64,000 bases of DNA from positions 296,422,001 to 296,486,000 of the forward strand of contig OZ024743.1 in assembly GCA_964016885.1 (NCBI GenBank). The letters are read 5' to 3'. This document shows, one piece after another, positions 30,623-43,163 of the stretch. The notes under the pieces were generated by a model. That model did not search any database, had not been told where the DNA came from, and saw nothing but the letters and a program-made list of their open reading frames with translations. Each line of letters begins with the position of its first letter. Position 1 is the first letter of the stretch. The position numbers and the translations under genes were made by a program. The DNA comes from Eledone cirrhosa (lineage: Eukaryota).

Positions 30623-31419
30623 TCTATATATTAATTTCAACAACGTCATTATTCCGTGTGTCATAATTCTCGATTATCATTGGTTCATAGGTTTCAAACG
30701 ACTCCACCCACCTCAACGACGCCAAACTTAGATTAATATGCATAATGCCAATGAGAGAGTGAGAGGGGAGATTAAGAAACAGAGAGGCAAAGTGAACGCT
30801 GTAACTATTACCATGTGTGCGTGTGTTTATGTGTGTGCGCGTGCAGTGTTCCACAGAAAGTAAAAGCAATTCGACTTTATCAAACAGTGAACTACTGCGG
30901 CGACGGCGTGCAGCCAGGAAAGAAGAAAAACGGGCCGAACAGCGCCATCTGAACGCCGAACTTCAAAGGCGAAGATGTGCCGCCATGAATGAAGAGGAAC
31001 TGGATGAACAACGCCAACGAAACACTGGAGCCAAGCGGCGACGGCGTGCTGCGATGGTTGAAGACGAACTGGCTGAGCATCATCTTTTATATTAATTATC
31101 TATATCTATATCTACATATAATATAAAAGATTGGAACTTCCATCATCCTTTTGAGAAACGTGGAACAACCACGTCTATGCAATGATACACGTTTTACAGT
31201 CAGGCAGAAGATGAACCATCGCCTAGAGGTCACTATTCTAGGTGGGAGCACCTAGAATTGTTCATATACAACGAAGAATCTGGTATATCTGGAAGATTTT
31301 TTTACATCACGGACTCGCCTCATATTGTAACCAGACAAACATCCAATACAGTCATTTTCTCTTTTACCTGTCTTCTCTTATCATCTGTTTACGCGGGCGA
31401 AGCTGGGTACGTCAGCTAG
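30623..31419 (+). mobile_element. Non-autonomous Helitron, copy 2 (head-to-tail with copy 1)
   Basis: Starts with TC directly after copy 1's CTAG and ends CTAG|T; carries a 23-aa-periodic R/E-rich coding remnant at 30890-31080. Confidence 0.8.
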
Positions 31420-31959
31420 TTATACAAATTTGTATAAAACTGTGTTCCAAGTTTCAGTAAAGCGTCTTCCAGAGATTTTTTTCTTTAGCACAGGCTTGGC
31501 CATTACTACTGCAAGATTATCACTTCCACCAAACCGGCATCCTCATCTTAAGCACATTTCCCTTCTCGAACACCTACTACACCTGATGGCTTCATGACTA
31601 TGATCTGCCGCTGGTATTGCCCTTTACCCATCATGATGATAATGGCTCCTCCATCGGTTTCGACGATGAGCACTCAGTCGTTCGATTACTTGAACGTCCA
31701 TCTTTTGAATTAACGTGTAGGTGGCTCGCACTAAATTAACGTGATATAATTTATGAAAAGGCTGGCCGTCTGGATTGCACGGGTAATTAATTACAGGTGA
31801 AATCCATACGACGGGCTCCCACACAATTTATGTTTTTCAACTTTAGAAAAATATTTCAAAATTTGTAAATAAAATAAAAAATGACTTTGCATAATATGCT
31901 CCTTTTACAGGCCGTAATGAAAGGGGTGATAACTTGTTTTATTATAATCCTTTTCGGTG

Positions 31960-32745
31960 GCCTAACTAGCCTATTACGTGTTCCAGCCGAGAGGCTGGGG
32001 CCATGCTGGGACACCGCTATTGATGCTACACTTTCTATAGCCAGCCTTCCATGGTTGACCATTGATGCAAAAGGGAGTTTGTTGCTGGTGCTCTTATTTG
32101 CGCTTCGCCTCGTGTTGTGGGTTCATCCGGGATCTTGGTCAGTAGAATGTTGAGATATCTCTTGAAGACATCTACATACACACCATGTAGATCTCTCAGA
32201 TTTTTTGGAAGCTTATTAAAATGCTGGGGGTCCCCTGAACCCCAGGTTATTGCAGTATGTGGTCCTTATTCTTGATGCGATGGATTGGACCTTTGGCACT
32301 ACACAATGGTGTCCTGTACGTGGGCTGACCCTGCCTTCAATACCGAAGTTTGTTGCTAACCCTTCCAGGATCTTCGATATATATATATCTGTATATCTCT
32401 CCCGTCTTCGTTCCAGGGAGCAAAGCTTTAGTTTTTTCAGCCTCTCTCCGTAGCTCATCTCTTTCTTTGAGGCAATACTCTTGGTGTGGCTTGGTTGGAT
32501 AACTTCAAGTTCTGCAATTAGTTTGACACAGTGGGGCGACCACAGCTAACGAAAGTCCTCCAGAGGACCAGCATGATTTCTGGATCTCTTGTCCAGAATG
32601 TTCTCAGAATCCAACCCGTCAGTCGTCTGTACATTGCCGTCATTTTGGTGTTGTGTACATGGAACGATGCGTCATTGCTCATGTCAATACCCAGGTCCTG
32701 TATTGATTTTGACTCGAAGACACATTCCATTTCTGAGAACATTTT
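31960..32745 (-). mobile_element. CR1-clade LINE 3' portion (second family)
   Basis: IQDLGIDMSNDASF..H...GWILRTF and SYGERLKKLKLCSLERRRERY..IYISKILEG; the 3' UTR ends GCGGTGTCCCAGCATGGCC. Confidence 0.8.
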
Positions 32746-33094
32746 ATTCTCTTACTTTTTCCTTTTATGCACCTTTTTTATATTTTAAATTTATACACGG
32801 CTAGTAAAATAAATGAAGAAAAAATATTTAGTCACAATGCTTGGGTCAAATCGACGTTATAGTAGAGATATTAGCACAAGGCATCACACAGTGGAATGGA
32901 ACCCGGAACCTAACGACTAGGAAGCAATCTTCTTAACCACTCAGTTATGCCAGCATCCTCACTCGCCCTGACAGCTATTCAGACTAACAACAACCATACA
33001 CACAGGCATATAGACACTCGCTCATACATAAATATAGAGATAGTGGAATACATACGCATCAAGCGGCAAATAGACAGTCGTTAGAAAATTGGAT

Positions 33095-33262
33095 GGAATG
33101 CTTTGCGGTATTTATTCTGACTGAGCTCAAATCCCACCGAGGTCAACTTGCCCTTCTTCGTTTTGGGATCGATATATAAAATATCAGTTGTGCGCCCTAG
33201 TCTGACCTCAGCCTGTCGGCTGGAACACGCAATAGCGTAATAGAGTACTGGGATCGGTCGAT

Positions 33263-33265
<3 letters not shown>
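33095..33265 (+). mobile_element. Degenerate family A-like SINE with a CR1-like tail segment
   Basis: GAGCTCAAATCCCACCGAGGTCAACTTGCCC followed by CCTCAGCCTGTCGGCTGGAACACG. Confidence 0.5.
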
Positions 33266-33267
<2 letters not shown>

Positions 33268-33301
<34 letters not shown>

Positions 33302-33358
33302 AAGAAGAAGAAGAAGAAGAAGAAGAAGAAGAAGAAGAAGAAGAAGAAGAAGAAGAAG

Positions 33359-33390
<32 letters not shown>

Positions 33391-33437
33391 GTAGTAGTAG
33401 TAGTAGTGGTAGTGGTAGTAATAGTAGTAGTAGTAGA
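33268..33437. repeat. Compound (TC)n(GAA)n(GTA)n microsatellite
   Basis: Directly visible. Confidence 0.95.
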
Positions 33438-33914
33438 AAAATAAAATAAAATCGACTGTGTCCAGACCTGAAAAGTCATAAGCTCACTCAGCAAAGTTGA
33501 TACGCTGTATATCACATATCCTTAACGACTCCATAGGTAGTTCATGATCCATGAATACACACTGTTAACCCCACATGAATGTAACTAAAGCCACTCCACC
33601 TCAAACATTAACACCTCCAATGCTCACACCACTAACCGTCCTCTGCAGCAAGAACCATTAACGCCCAAAGCAACAATAAAGGGTGAGCGAAGGAGGCTCC
33701 TATGTGTCTGTTCAAAATGCTAGAAATAGCAGCCCAATCCACCTCAATTACATTGCCGTCATTAAAAATTTCGAGAGATACATATTAGATATTGTAGTCA
33801 TAAATACCCTCAGCTATAATTTAAAAAAAGCATTATCATGGCTGGAACGTCTATGATCATAGGTCTACTTGATCAAAATTGACCTGCGACTATACAACAA
33901 AAACACCAGCAACA

Positions 33915-34085
33915 ATAATAATTGTTTCTAGCACAGGAACAAGGTCAGAAATATGAGGAGAGGGTTTAGTCAGTGGAATCGATTCCAGTACTTGACTGAT
34001 ACTTTATTTTCTTGACCCCGGAAGGATGAATGACAAATTTGACCTCGGTGAAGTTTGAACCTAGAACTTAAACTGCCGTATCTAA
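33915..34085 (-). mobile_element. Family A SINE, degenerate
   Basis: ATACTTTATTTTCTTGACCCCGGAAGGATGAA...TTTGACCTCGG...TTTGAACC. Confidence 0.6.
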
Positions 34086-34129
34086 ATATTACTCTAACCC
34101 TAACCATACAATCAATACACCCACCGCCA

Positions 34130-34770
34130 CCACCAAATCCACCATCACCATCAGCAACATTATAAACTTGAATACCAACAACAACAATTTTACTATCAAT
34201 TCCACCACCACCACCAAACCTGCCATCATTTTCCCACCACCACCTTACCGTGATATTTCTACCACCACCATCTTACTGTCAATTACACCACCAACAAACA
34301 ATATAGCATCAATTTCCCTACCAACATCAACTTTACCAGCAACTCCCCACCACCACAACCTTCAATTCTCTACCACCTCCACCACCTTACTATCAATCAC
34401 ACCACCACCACCACCAACCTTACTATCAATTACACCACCACCCTCACCAACCTTACCATCAATTACACCACCACCTTACCATCAATTACACCACCACCCT
34501 CACCAACCTTACCATCAATTACACCACCACCACCACCTTACCATCAATTACACCACCACCCTCACCAACCTTACCATCAATTACACCACCACCACCACCT
34601 TACTATCAATTACACCACCACCCTCACCAACCTTACCATCAATTACACCACCACCACCACCTTACTATCAATTACACCACCACCACCAGCAACAGTTACA
34701 ACCTTACCTTCAATTCCACCATCAATATCGGTATAGCCACCTCCGTCAATTATTACCACCAGCCCCTCCT
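34130..34770. repeat. ACC-rich minisatellite (CCTTACCATCAATTACACCACC-like unit)
   Basis: Tandem ~25-33 bp units; explains the Pro/Thr/His-rich ORF. Confidence 0.85.
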
Positions 34771-34899
34771 ACTGTACCCCCGTGCCAGTGTCAGGTCTGC
34801 TAGTTTATGATAACATAGGGCCAAGGTGCTTACTAATCAAACGTGAAGTAGATGACTCACTTCTAATTTGATCCTTGATCACCAGTTACTGTTACTCCG

Positions 34900-35195
34900 C
34901 GCGCGCACACACACACTCATTCACACACACACACACACACTCATTCACACACACACACACACACTCATTCACACACACACACACACACACACATGCACAT
35001 ACACACACACACACACACATGCGCATACACACACACACACATATACCCACACACACGCCACGCCTCTCTCATAAATATATCACGAACGTGCGCACGCACA
35101 CATGCAGACACACATATATATATAGAAAGAAAGAGATATAGATCGAAAGATATATATATATATATTTATATATATATGTGTGTGTTTATGTGCAC

Positions 35196-35229
<34 letters not shown>

Positions 35230-35450
35230 GTGCACATAAACACATGCATACACAATCTCATAAATGCCCATATATATATATATATATATATAGACAGAAA
35301 TATACATAGACACACACATGCATTTCAGTGCATCTAAGCTCACACACACACACATAGTAGCATACACACACACACAAGTAGTAGCACACATATACATAGC
35401 CGTACACACACATATCAATGCTTCTAAACACATATAAACACTCGCACGCG

Positions 35451-35516
<66 letters not shown>

Positions 35517-35623
35517 CTTGTGCATATATAAAGAGATAGATTGTACGTGTGTGTCAATACACATGTACAGTTGCATATATATTATACGTGTGTATCTATA
35601 CATATACACACACACATACACAC

Positions 35624-35690
<67 letters not shown>

Positions 35691-35767
35691 TGTATATATA
35701 TATATACGTTAACGTATACTTACATATAATTACATATATTATACACATACGCCTAGATACGTATATA

Positions 35768-35815
<48 letters not shown>
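34900..35815. repeat. (CA)n/(TA)n low-complexity tract
   Basis: Directly visible. Confidence 0.9.
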
Positions 35816-35817
<2 letters not shown>

Positions 35818-36662
35818 AAATTGCATGCTCAGAAACGGAAAGGTTTTTTTTAGTTTGGCCTGTACAACCGCACACAAACATACATATACAAAAAAAAAAT
35901 CACATGCCCGTACACACTAACTCGCTCACAACTATGCACGCACAATCAGAGAGCCCAAAAACCTAAATACTCACCCACATACATTATTATACGCACAAAC
36001 ACATAGGGTCAAACACCCATAAGCACACACAGAGATTTAGATCTAACACACATACCCATCATGACTGAAATAGTGTCAGATTAAACAGAATTACGGAGAG
36101 GATAAAAGGTAAAATGAAAGACTTAAAAGGCAGGCAAATATAGGGAATATAATTATGTTGTGTTTAGGAAGAAAGAATGAGAAGAGAAGGAGCAAAGACA
36201 GTGTCTGACAATGCAAAAGAGTGTGAGGAAAGGAATGGTAGTGAAAAGAAAGACAGAAAACAAACTGGGAGAAATGGTGAGACTGTAATAGGAAGTTTCA
36301 CCTGAAGAAAAACAAATGAACAAAAAATATTCTGGCGAACAAAGAACGACAGTATCAGAGAATGATAGAATAAAAGAGAAGAGAAAGAAAAAGAGGGAGA
36401 GAAAATAATAGAGAGATAGATTGTCCCGTAACTCCCGCAACCCACGATGTTTCTATAGCACTTTTTAAACCTGGCGGAGCCCAATACCCTCTAGACTGAA
36501 TACAGCAGATTTTTTCCAGAGAAGTATAAAGAGAGTTAAAGGATGGAAGTGAGAAAGAGATATAGAGGAAGAATCGACCTCAGCACTTGACTTTTTATCG
36601 ACCTCAGCGGCATTTTAATCCAGAGAGCAGAAACGAATATCGCAAAGCATTTTAACCGACGT

Positions 36663-36850
36663 TGGTGGATTGGCAGTATCGGTAGAGGGTCGGACGCCAT
36701 GCTTTCCAGCATAGTTACGTCCCTTTATGATCTGAGTTCAAATCCCGCCGAGGTTGACTTTGCCTTTCATCCTTACGGGGTCGATAAAATAAAGTACCAG
36801 TAATGCACTGGGTAATTGCTGGCCTTGTGCCTAAAGTAGAAACAGTTATA
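36663..36850 (+). mobile_element. tRNA-derived SINE, family A
   Basis: GGTGGATTGGCAGTATCGGTAGAGGGTCGGACGCC...GAGTTCAAATCCCGCCGAGG. Confidence 0.85.
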
Positions 36851-37410
36851 ACTATTATGCCAATTCACCGCCGACATAGATAAGTAAAATAAGAATGGAA
36901 GTCAATGAGAGAACGAATCGGAAATCGTTTTTTTGTTTTTGTTTTTTGGGGAGATAGGTAGCTCGGTCGCTCCAATTTCGCATCCTTAAAAGAAAGTTTT
37001 CAGTCCGGCCTTAATTGTTTCTAATGGATAATTAACTCCGTTCTTGCACTAATCACGGAATATCACATGTATGATGGATGTTTTGCATAACGCCGAATGC
37101 TTTAATGTATTGCATCATCGTTTACTAACCGGAATCACCACTTCTACCCATTAGTAAACAACATAACATAAATGGTGGGTGTATATATATATATATATAT
37201 ATAGCGGCGATGAATTAGTTTTGCGAGGTTTTTTATATGAAATCGTGTGTCGAAACAAATATTGTTATACCAATGGCAACATTGAGGACCGAGTAAGTTA
37301 GATTACCGATATAAAAGACACAGAAGCGAGAAGCGAAAACCAACCAAACAGTGAGTGTGTTCTGTTATTAATTCTGGCAATATTACGCAAATATGACCCT
37401 CCCCTAGTAT

Positions 37411-37486
<76 letters not shown>

Positions 37487-38270
37487 ATAACAAGTTATCG
37501 TTATAGGTAATCCAGTGAGAGGTTGTGAGTACTCTGTATTGTGGATAGTTTTAACGTGCGGCTTTGTTTGACTCAACAAGATGTTTCCATAGTTAGGTAG
37601 CGAGTTCTCTGCAAATTTCTCTGCACTCGAAACACATTTTGTGTGTTTTGGGACACGCTTCTAGAATCAGATTTCGCTACCCCTTTTATAATCGATCGCT
37701 GCTCCTGCATCGATCTGGGTAGGGAACTAATGTAGCGAAATCTGTCCACGCCTTGAACCTTGGGTGACACCTAAAGGTCAAACTCTAGGTCACCACTCTT
37801 TTGGTGTGAACAGGTTCATGCGTGGGCTATCCCCTCAAGGTGGGAGACAGGAAGCGACAGGTATATTACCACCTTAGATACAGAGAGATCGGAGCACCAC
37901 GATACAGACCAGCTATGTGAAAGATTCACCGCTACCTTCAGGCCCCAGAGGTCTACAGACATACAGAGAGATCGGAGCATTACGCTAGTAACAAGCTATG
38001 TAAAGATCACCGCTATCTACAGGCCACAGTGGTCTACAACCAACTACAGACCATTATTCTCTCCTGGTCTCAGACTACACCAGCCTCATGAACCAACAAC
38101 AAAATAACATTGTCAACCTTCACAACTCATGGTAACTTGTTTATTGTTCTTTTTGACTGAAGTGAAGTAAACCTTATATATAAAGTAAATCATTTATTCT
38201 TGTTAATTCATCTAACAATTACTTACTAATACCCTTCGTTAAATATATACATACATATATATATATATAT

Positions 38271-38359
<89 letters not shown>

Positions 38360-38361
38360 TG

Positions 38362-38392
<31 letters not shown>

Positions 38393-38393
<1 letters not shown>

Positions 38394-38649
38394 TAAAAGG
38401 AATTCCAACTTTGTCTGATTTACTCGTTTTATTTACAATCGTTTTATTTACAATCCATTAAAATTTAAGTTGAAAATTGCAAACTTGACTGTCACCACAC
38501 AATATGAACCTGAAGATTGCGAAAGCATGAAAGTACTTGTTCAATTAACACTTAACATTTAATATTCTACCATACTATTTCATTCTAATACCATTATAAA
38601 TTTTAAAGGATTGTAAATAAAACGAGTAAATCAGACAAAGTTGGAATTC

Positions 38650-38656
<7 letters not shown>
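38393..38656 (+). mobile_element. ~265-bp inverted-repeat-flanked mini-element inside (TA)n, containing an HHR
   Basis: Arms 38393-38440 and 38609-38656 are exact reverse complements; flanked by long TA tracts on both sides. Confidence 0.75.
38505..38543 (+). ncRNA. Type I minimal hammerhead ribozyme
   Basis: UGAAC-CUGAAGA-U UGC GAAA GCA U-GAAA-GUAC-UU-GUUCA; 5-bp stem I, palindromic stem III AGUACU, CUU site. Confidence 0.75.
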
Positions 38657-38734
<78 letters not shown>

Positions 38735-39427
38735 GTACCCACGTGTGTGGGCGCGCAAGTGTGTGGCGCGCAAACCCATGTAGAGTTTTCTTTGAAATGA
38801 TTAAATACGAAAGATTTAGTAATAATTCAGCGTTCTGCTTTCCATTTACAATATCCTCAGGCCATCCAAGATTGAGATATAAAACTATGATCAATCGCGT
38901 TCCAGTTATAATCACCAGTTTGGGTTGTTGTTTTTTTTACACAGACAGTATTTAGCACTGGATTATCAAATCTATCCTTGTTTGAATTTCGGATCAATTA
39001 ATTAATATATTTTTTTATAAAGAGAGAAAATTTCGTTGTGTTAGCCGTAAGAGTAAATACAGAGCAAGTAATTTCACGTTTCAATTGAGAAACAAAAAAA
39101 TTATCAGTTGTAGCCGCAAAGGACTGCAGCAGGAACTGATGGTTTGCAAATAATTATCTATTTTTTTTTTTTTTAAGTGATCTTACGAGCTGTTATGAAT
39201 AGCGGGTAAAAAAATCGAGTCTTCTCGGCTAAAGCAGTGATGAATAATATTGGATCTCCGTCGACTCCTACGATGAGTGTTCATGTTGTACCATCAATGA
39301 AACAACCTGCTCGTGAAAGTGACTTGCTGGTGACTGAGCTTTCCACAAACACGTGCAATCATAAACGTACTTCTCAGGGAGTTTGAGTGAGAGTATTTGT
39401 ATGTGAATATGTGCATGTATGGATGTG

Positions 39428-39485
<58 letters not shown>

Positions 39486-39869
39486 GAGCGCGTGTGTGTC
39501 TATGATAGACATATTTGTATGTGTTGTAACACGTTATTGTTTGTTCATGATTCGGTGGGTTTTCTCGCATGGAGCTATATCAGACCTGCAAATCTCTAAA
39601 AAACCCAAACGTGGAGTACCGTGAAAAAAGGTGCCCCAAAACGGAGAGAAATAAGGTAAAATGGGGAGATTTTACAGAATGAAAACTATACCCATTTTCA
39701 CAAGAGAAGACAACTCTCGCCCACCCAAAAATGGGTGGGAGATCACCCCGTCGGAAGGAAAGAGTCGACAGGTCTGCTGCATGTACCTACAGATATGTAC
39801 TCGCATGTGGATTTGTATATCCTTTCTATATTTTGTATCCCCTTATCTATATATATATATATATATATA

Positions 39870-39881
39870 TATAACTGTTGT

Positions 39882-39959
<78 letters not shown>

Positions 39960-40090
39960 TGTGTGTCCTCATTTTTGCAAAGTCTATACAAATCCACATT
40001 TCTACTCCGATTGACTTCAAACTTGCATTTATATATTCCTTGCGGTCTAAAGATACTAACTGCCGCTTTTTTCAATTTTCTGTTGTTAAA
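39870..40090 (+). mobile_element. Possible non-autonomous Helitron/Helentron-like 5' segment
   Basis: (TG)n followed by TCCGATTGACTTCAAACTT, a layout typical of such elements; no 3' end identified. Confidence 0.3.
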
Positions 40091-40215
40091 GGGGTGTTAT
40101 GCGCCGGTTATCGATCTTCGTGGGGCCCTTACATTATCTGTCTGTATGTCTGGCTGTCTGCATAACAACATTCTGACGAATACGTCATTGCTGACGTATT
40201 ATCTTCGCTACATTT

Positions 40216-40279
<64 letters not shown>

Positions 40280-41194
40280 ATATGGGTGAGTAGAATACTG
40301 CTGGTTGCACATGGATAACATGTTATAAAATGAGTCCCTCATCAGTGATTTACCAAACGATCATGGGTATTTCATCGCATTAAAAATCATATACCTCACG
40401 TTGGAGCGATAATAACTAAAATAAGTTATTAGGACAAAAGAAACGCGTAAAGCGAGTGAGACAAGTAAACAACACAGGGTGAAGCTAACCGAAGATGGAA
40501 ATAAACACAAGCAACATAGTTATTCTTTCAGCATAAGCTGTGTGAATATATGAGCGAGTCAAGAAAACAGACCTTTCGCTAGTGAATCCGGTGTTAGAAA
40601 GAATGAAAACCGTTTTCCCAGCGAACGGGAGGAAGAAAGAAGGGAGAAACAGGGACTGAGTGAGTGGGAGTGCGAGGAAGAGGTCAGTAGAGAGAAAGAG
40701 TTATATATATATACATATATACTTATATATACATATATATATATACACATATATACATATACACACACATATACACACACAAACACACACACACATATGG
40801 TTGATTTTAGACATAATCTATGTGTGTTGGTATTTTAACGATAGTTATAGCTCTGATTTATCTGAATTATTGAGCCCTCTGCCACTCATATCGAATTTTG
40901 TTTTTCGTGAACTCGTGCGCCGATTTCTCGATACTCGATTATTCTACTATATATATATATATATATAAATATATATTCATTAAAATAACAGATTAAAGTT
41001 TAAGCAAAGAATCGCTGCTTTCACCCTTAACACATCTTCTGAAGAAGATCCCGTTAAGGGTGAAAGCAGGGATTCTTTGCTTAAACTTTAATCTGTTATT
41101 TTAATAAGTATTTGCTCTACGGTTCTTATATATCTGATATATATTTATCCTTATCGAGCCCTCTTTGGATTTTAGCCTTCAAATTTATTATTAT

Positions 41195-41243
<49 letters not shown>

Positions 41244-41632
41244 CAAACACATATACACATATATAGATATACACATATACACATATAAATATACACATAA
41301 AAATATATGTATACAGACACACACACATATATATATATGCATATATGTATGTGTACCTGTATGCATATGTATATATATGTATATATATATATGTGCATGC
41401 TACTGTACGTCTGTATACATATATGTATGTACGTATACATGCATACTTACATTTAAGTAAGTGCCATACTAAGAGTGAGAAATGAAATTTCGTTTTCATT
41501 TTGTTTCAATTTATCGTTTTCGGTATGCCTGACCGATTTAACTCACTCAATATGCAAATTAGGCTGCTCAGCCGTTAATTTTCATAAGGAAAGTATATAC
41601 TTTCGAACGTTCAACTATCTGGCAGATGGGTA

Positions 41633-41677
41633 AACGGTGCTGATGATAGCTAACAAGCTTGAAACTAGTACATCGTT
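41633..41677 (+). ncRNA. Type I minimal hammerhead ribozyme (copy 1 of the 464-bp array)
   Basis: AACGGUG-CUGAUGA-U AGCU AACA AGCU U-GAAA-CUAG-UA-CAUCGUU; 7-bp stem I with distal extension (CUGGCA/UGUCAG, UUCAAC/GUUGAA), palindromic stem III, GUA site. Confidence 0.88.
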
Positions 41678-42096
41678 CCTGTGTCAGTGTTGAACAAAAA
41701 GGTGACGTGGTTGCCTTAACACCGTATGGCATAAATTCAGGCTGTTCAGTTTGTTTACAAACGAACAAAGCGACGTTAGCGCCGCTAAACTGATACGTGC
41801 ATATATGTATGTGTACCTGTATGCATATGTATATATATATGTATATATATATATATGTGCATGCTACTGTACGTCTGTATACATATATGTATGTACGTAT
41901 ACATGCATACTTACATTTAAGTAAGTGCCATACTAAGAGTGAGAAATGAAATTTCGTTTTCATTTTGTTTCAATTTATCGTTTTCGGTATGCCTGACCGA
42001 TTTAACTCACTCAATATGCAAATTAGGCTGCTCAGCCGTTAATTTTCATAAGGAAAGTATATACTTTCGAACGTTCAACTATCTGGCAGATGGGTA

Positions 42097-42141
42097 AACG
42101 GTGCTGATGATAGCTAACAAGCTTGAAACTAGTACATCGTT
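42097..42141 (+). ncRNA. Type I hammerhead ribozyme (copy 2 of the 464-bp array)
   Basis: Identical to 41633-41677. Confidence 0.88.
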
Positions 42142-42442
42142 CCTGTGTCAGTGTTGAACAAAAAGGTGACGTGGTTGCCTTAACACCGTATGGCATAAAT
42201 TCAGGCTGTTCAGTTTGTTTACAAACGAACAAAGCGACGTTAGCGCCGCTAAACTGATACGTGCATATATGTATGTGTACCTGTATGCATATGTATATAT
42301 ATATGTATATATATATATGTGCATGCTACTGTACGTCTGTATACATATATGTATGTACGTATACATGCATACTTACATTTAAGTAAGTGCCATACTAAGA
42401 GTGAGAAATGAAATTTCGTTTTCATTTTGTTTCAATTTATAC

Positions 42443-42501
<59 letters not shown>

Positions 42502-42525
42502 CATACACACACACATATATATATA

Positions 42526-43163
42526 CTAGACCACCCATGACCCGTTGGGTCATGTTCACTTTAAAATATATTTTTTTAAATCGTGTTCACTTAAAAATAA
42601 TTTTTAAATAATAAAAATATACACAGACATGTATATAATGTGAAATGAAACTGGAAGGCCTATATATATACGTGAGTGTATGTATATATATATATGTGTG
42701 TGTGTGTAAACATATACATTTACATGTATGTGTGTGTATATATATATATATGTGGATGTCTGTGATCTACATGCACTGGTCATAATCACACGCATATATA
42801 TATATATATATTCACACACACTCACATATATATATATACACACAACAGTATCACCAGCTCACTTCCATTTTCATTCTCTGTCTCCTCTCCCTCTTTCTGT
42901 CTCTCTTTCAATCTACTCTCTCACAACCACTATCTCTTTCTCTCTATCTTTTTCTCTCTTTGTTTACTTTGTTTATGAAGGCACCAGGAAAAACCCCTTA
43001 TGTCGGGAACCCGCGGTCCGATTTACGCGAAATTTGTTTTGTTCCATTTGTATTCCCATTTCAGGGTCAACTTCCTTTCAAAGTATTTTCCCATTATGCA
43101 CCCTTTTGTCTGCATTACATTACAGATAAGCAAGCAAGCAATCACAGACTTTTAGTACTATAT
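42526..43163 (-). mobile_element. Non-autonomous Helitron
   Basis: Minus-strand 3' end: hairpin CATGACCCAACGGGTCATG (42536-42554) then CTAG|T at 42526; 5' region TATATAGTACTAAAAG abuts the satellite. Confidence 0.6.

Larger units (their letters stand above)
41338..42440 (+). mobile_element. Tandem array with a ~464-bp unit (~2.4 copies), one hammerhead ribozyme per full unit; candidate non-LTR retrozyme
   Basis: GTGCCATACTAAG at 41461, 41925 and 42387; units differ essentially only in internal TA length. Confidence 0.85.

Noticed and set aside
34168-34803. 211-aa Pro/Thr/His-rich mucin- or extensin-like ORF
   Set aside because: Fully explained by an ACC-rich minisatellite
40335-40350. Isolated CTGATGA/CTGAAGA heptamers (also ~4885, 8226, 27325, 36302)
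   Set aside because: No correctly placed GAAA, stems or NUH site; expected by chance
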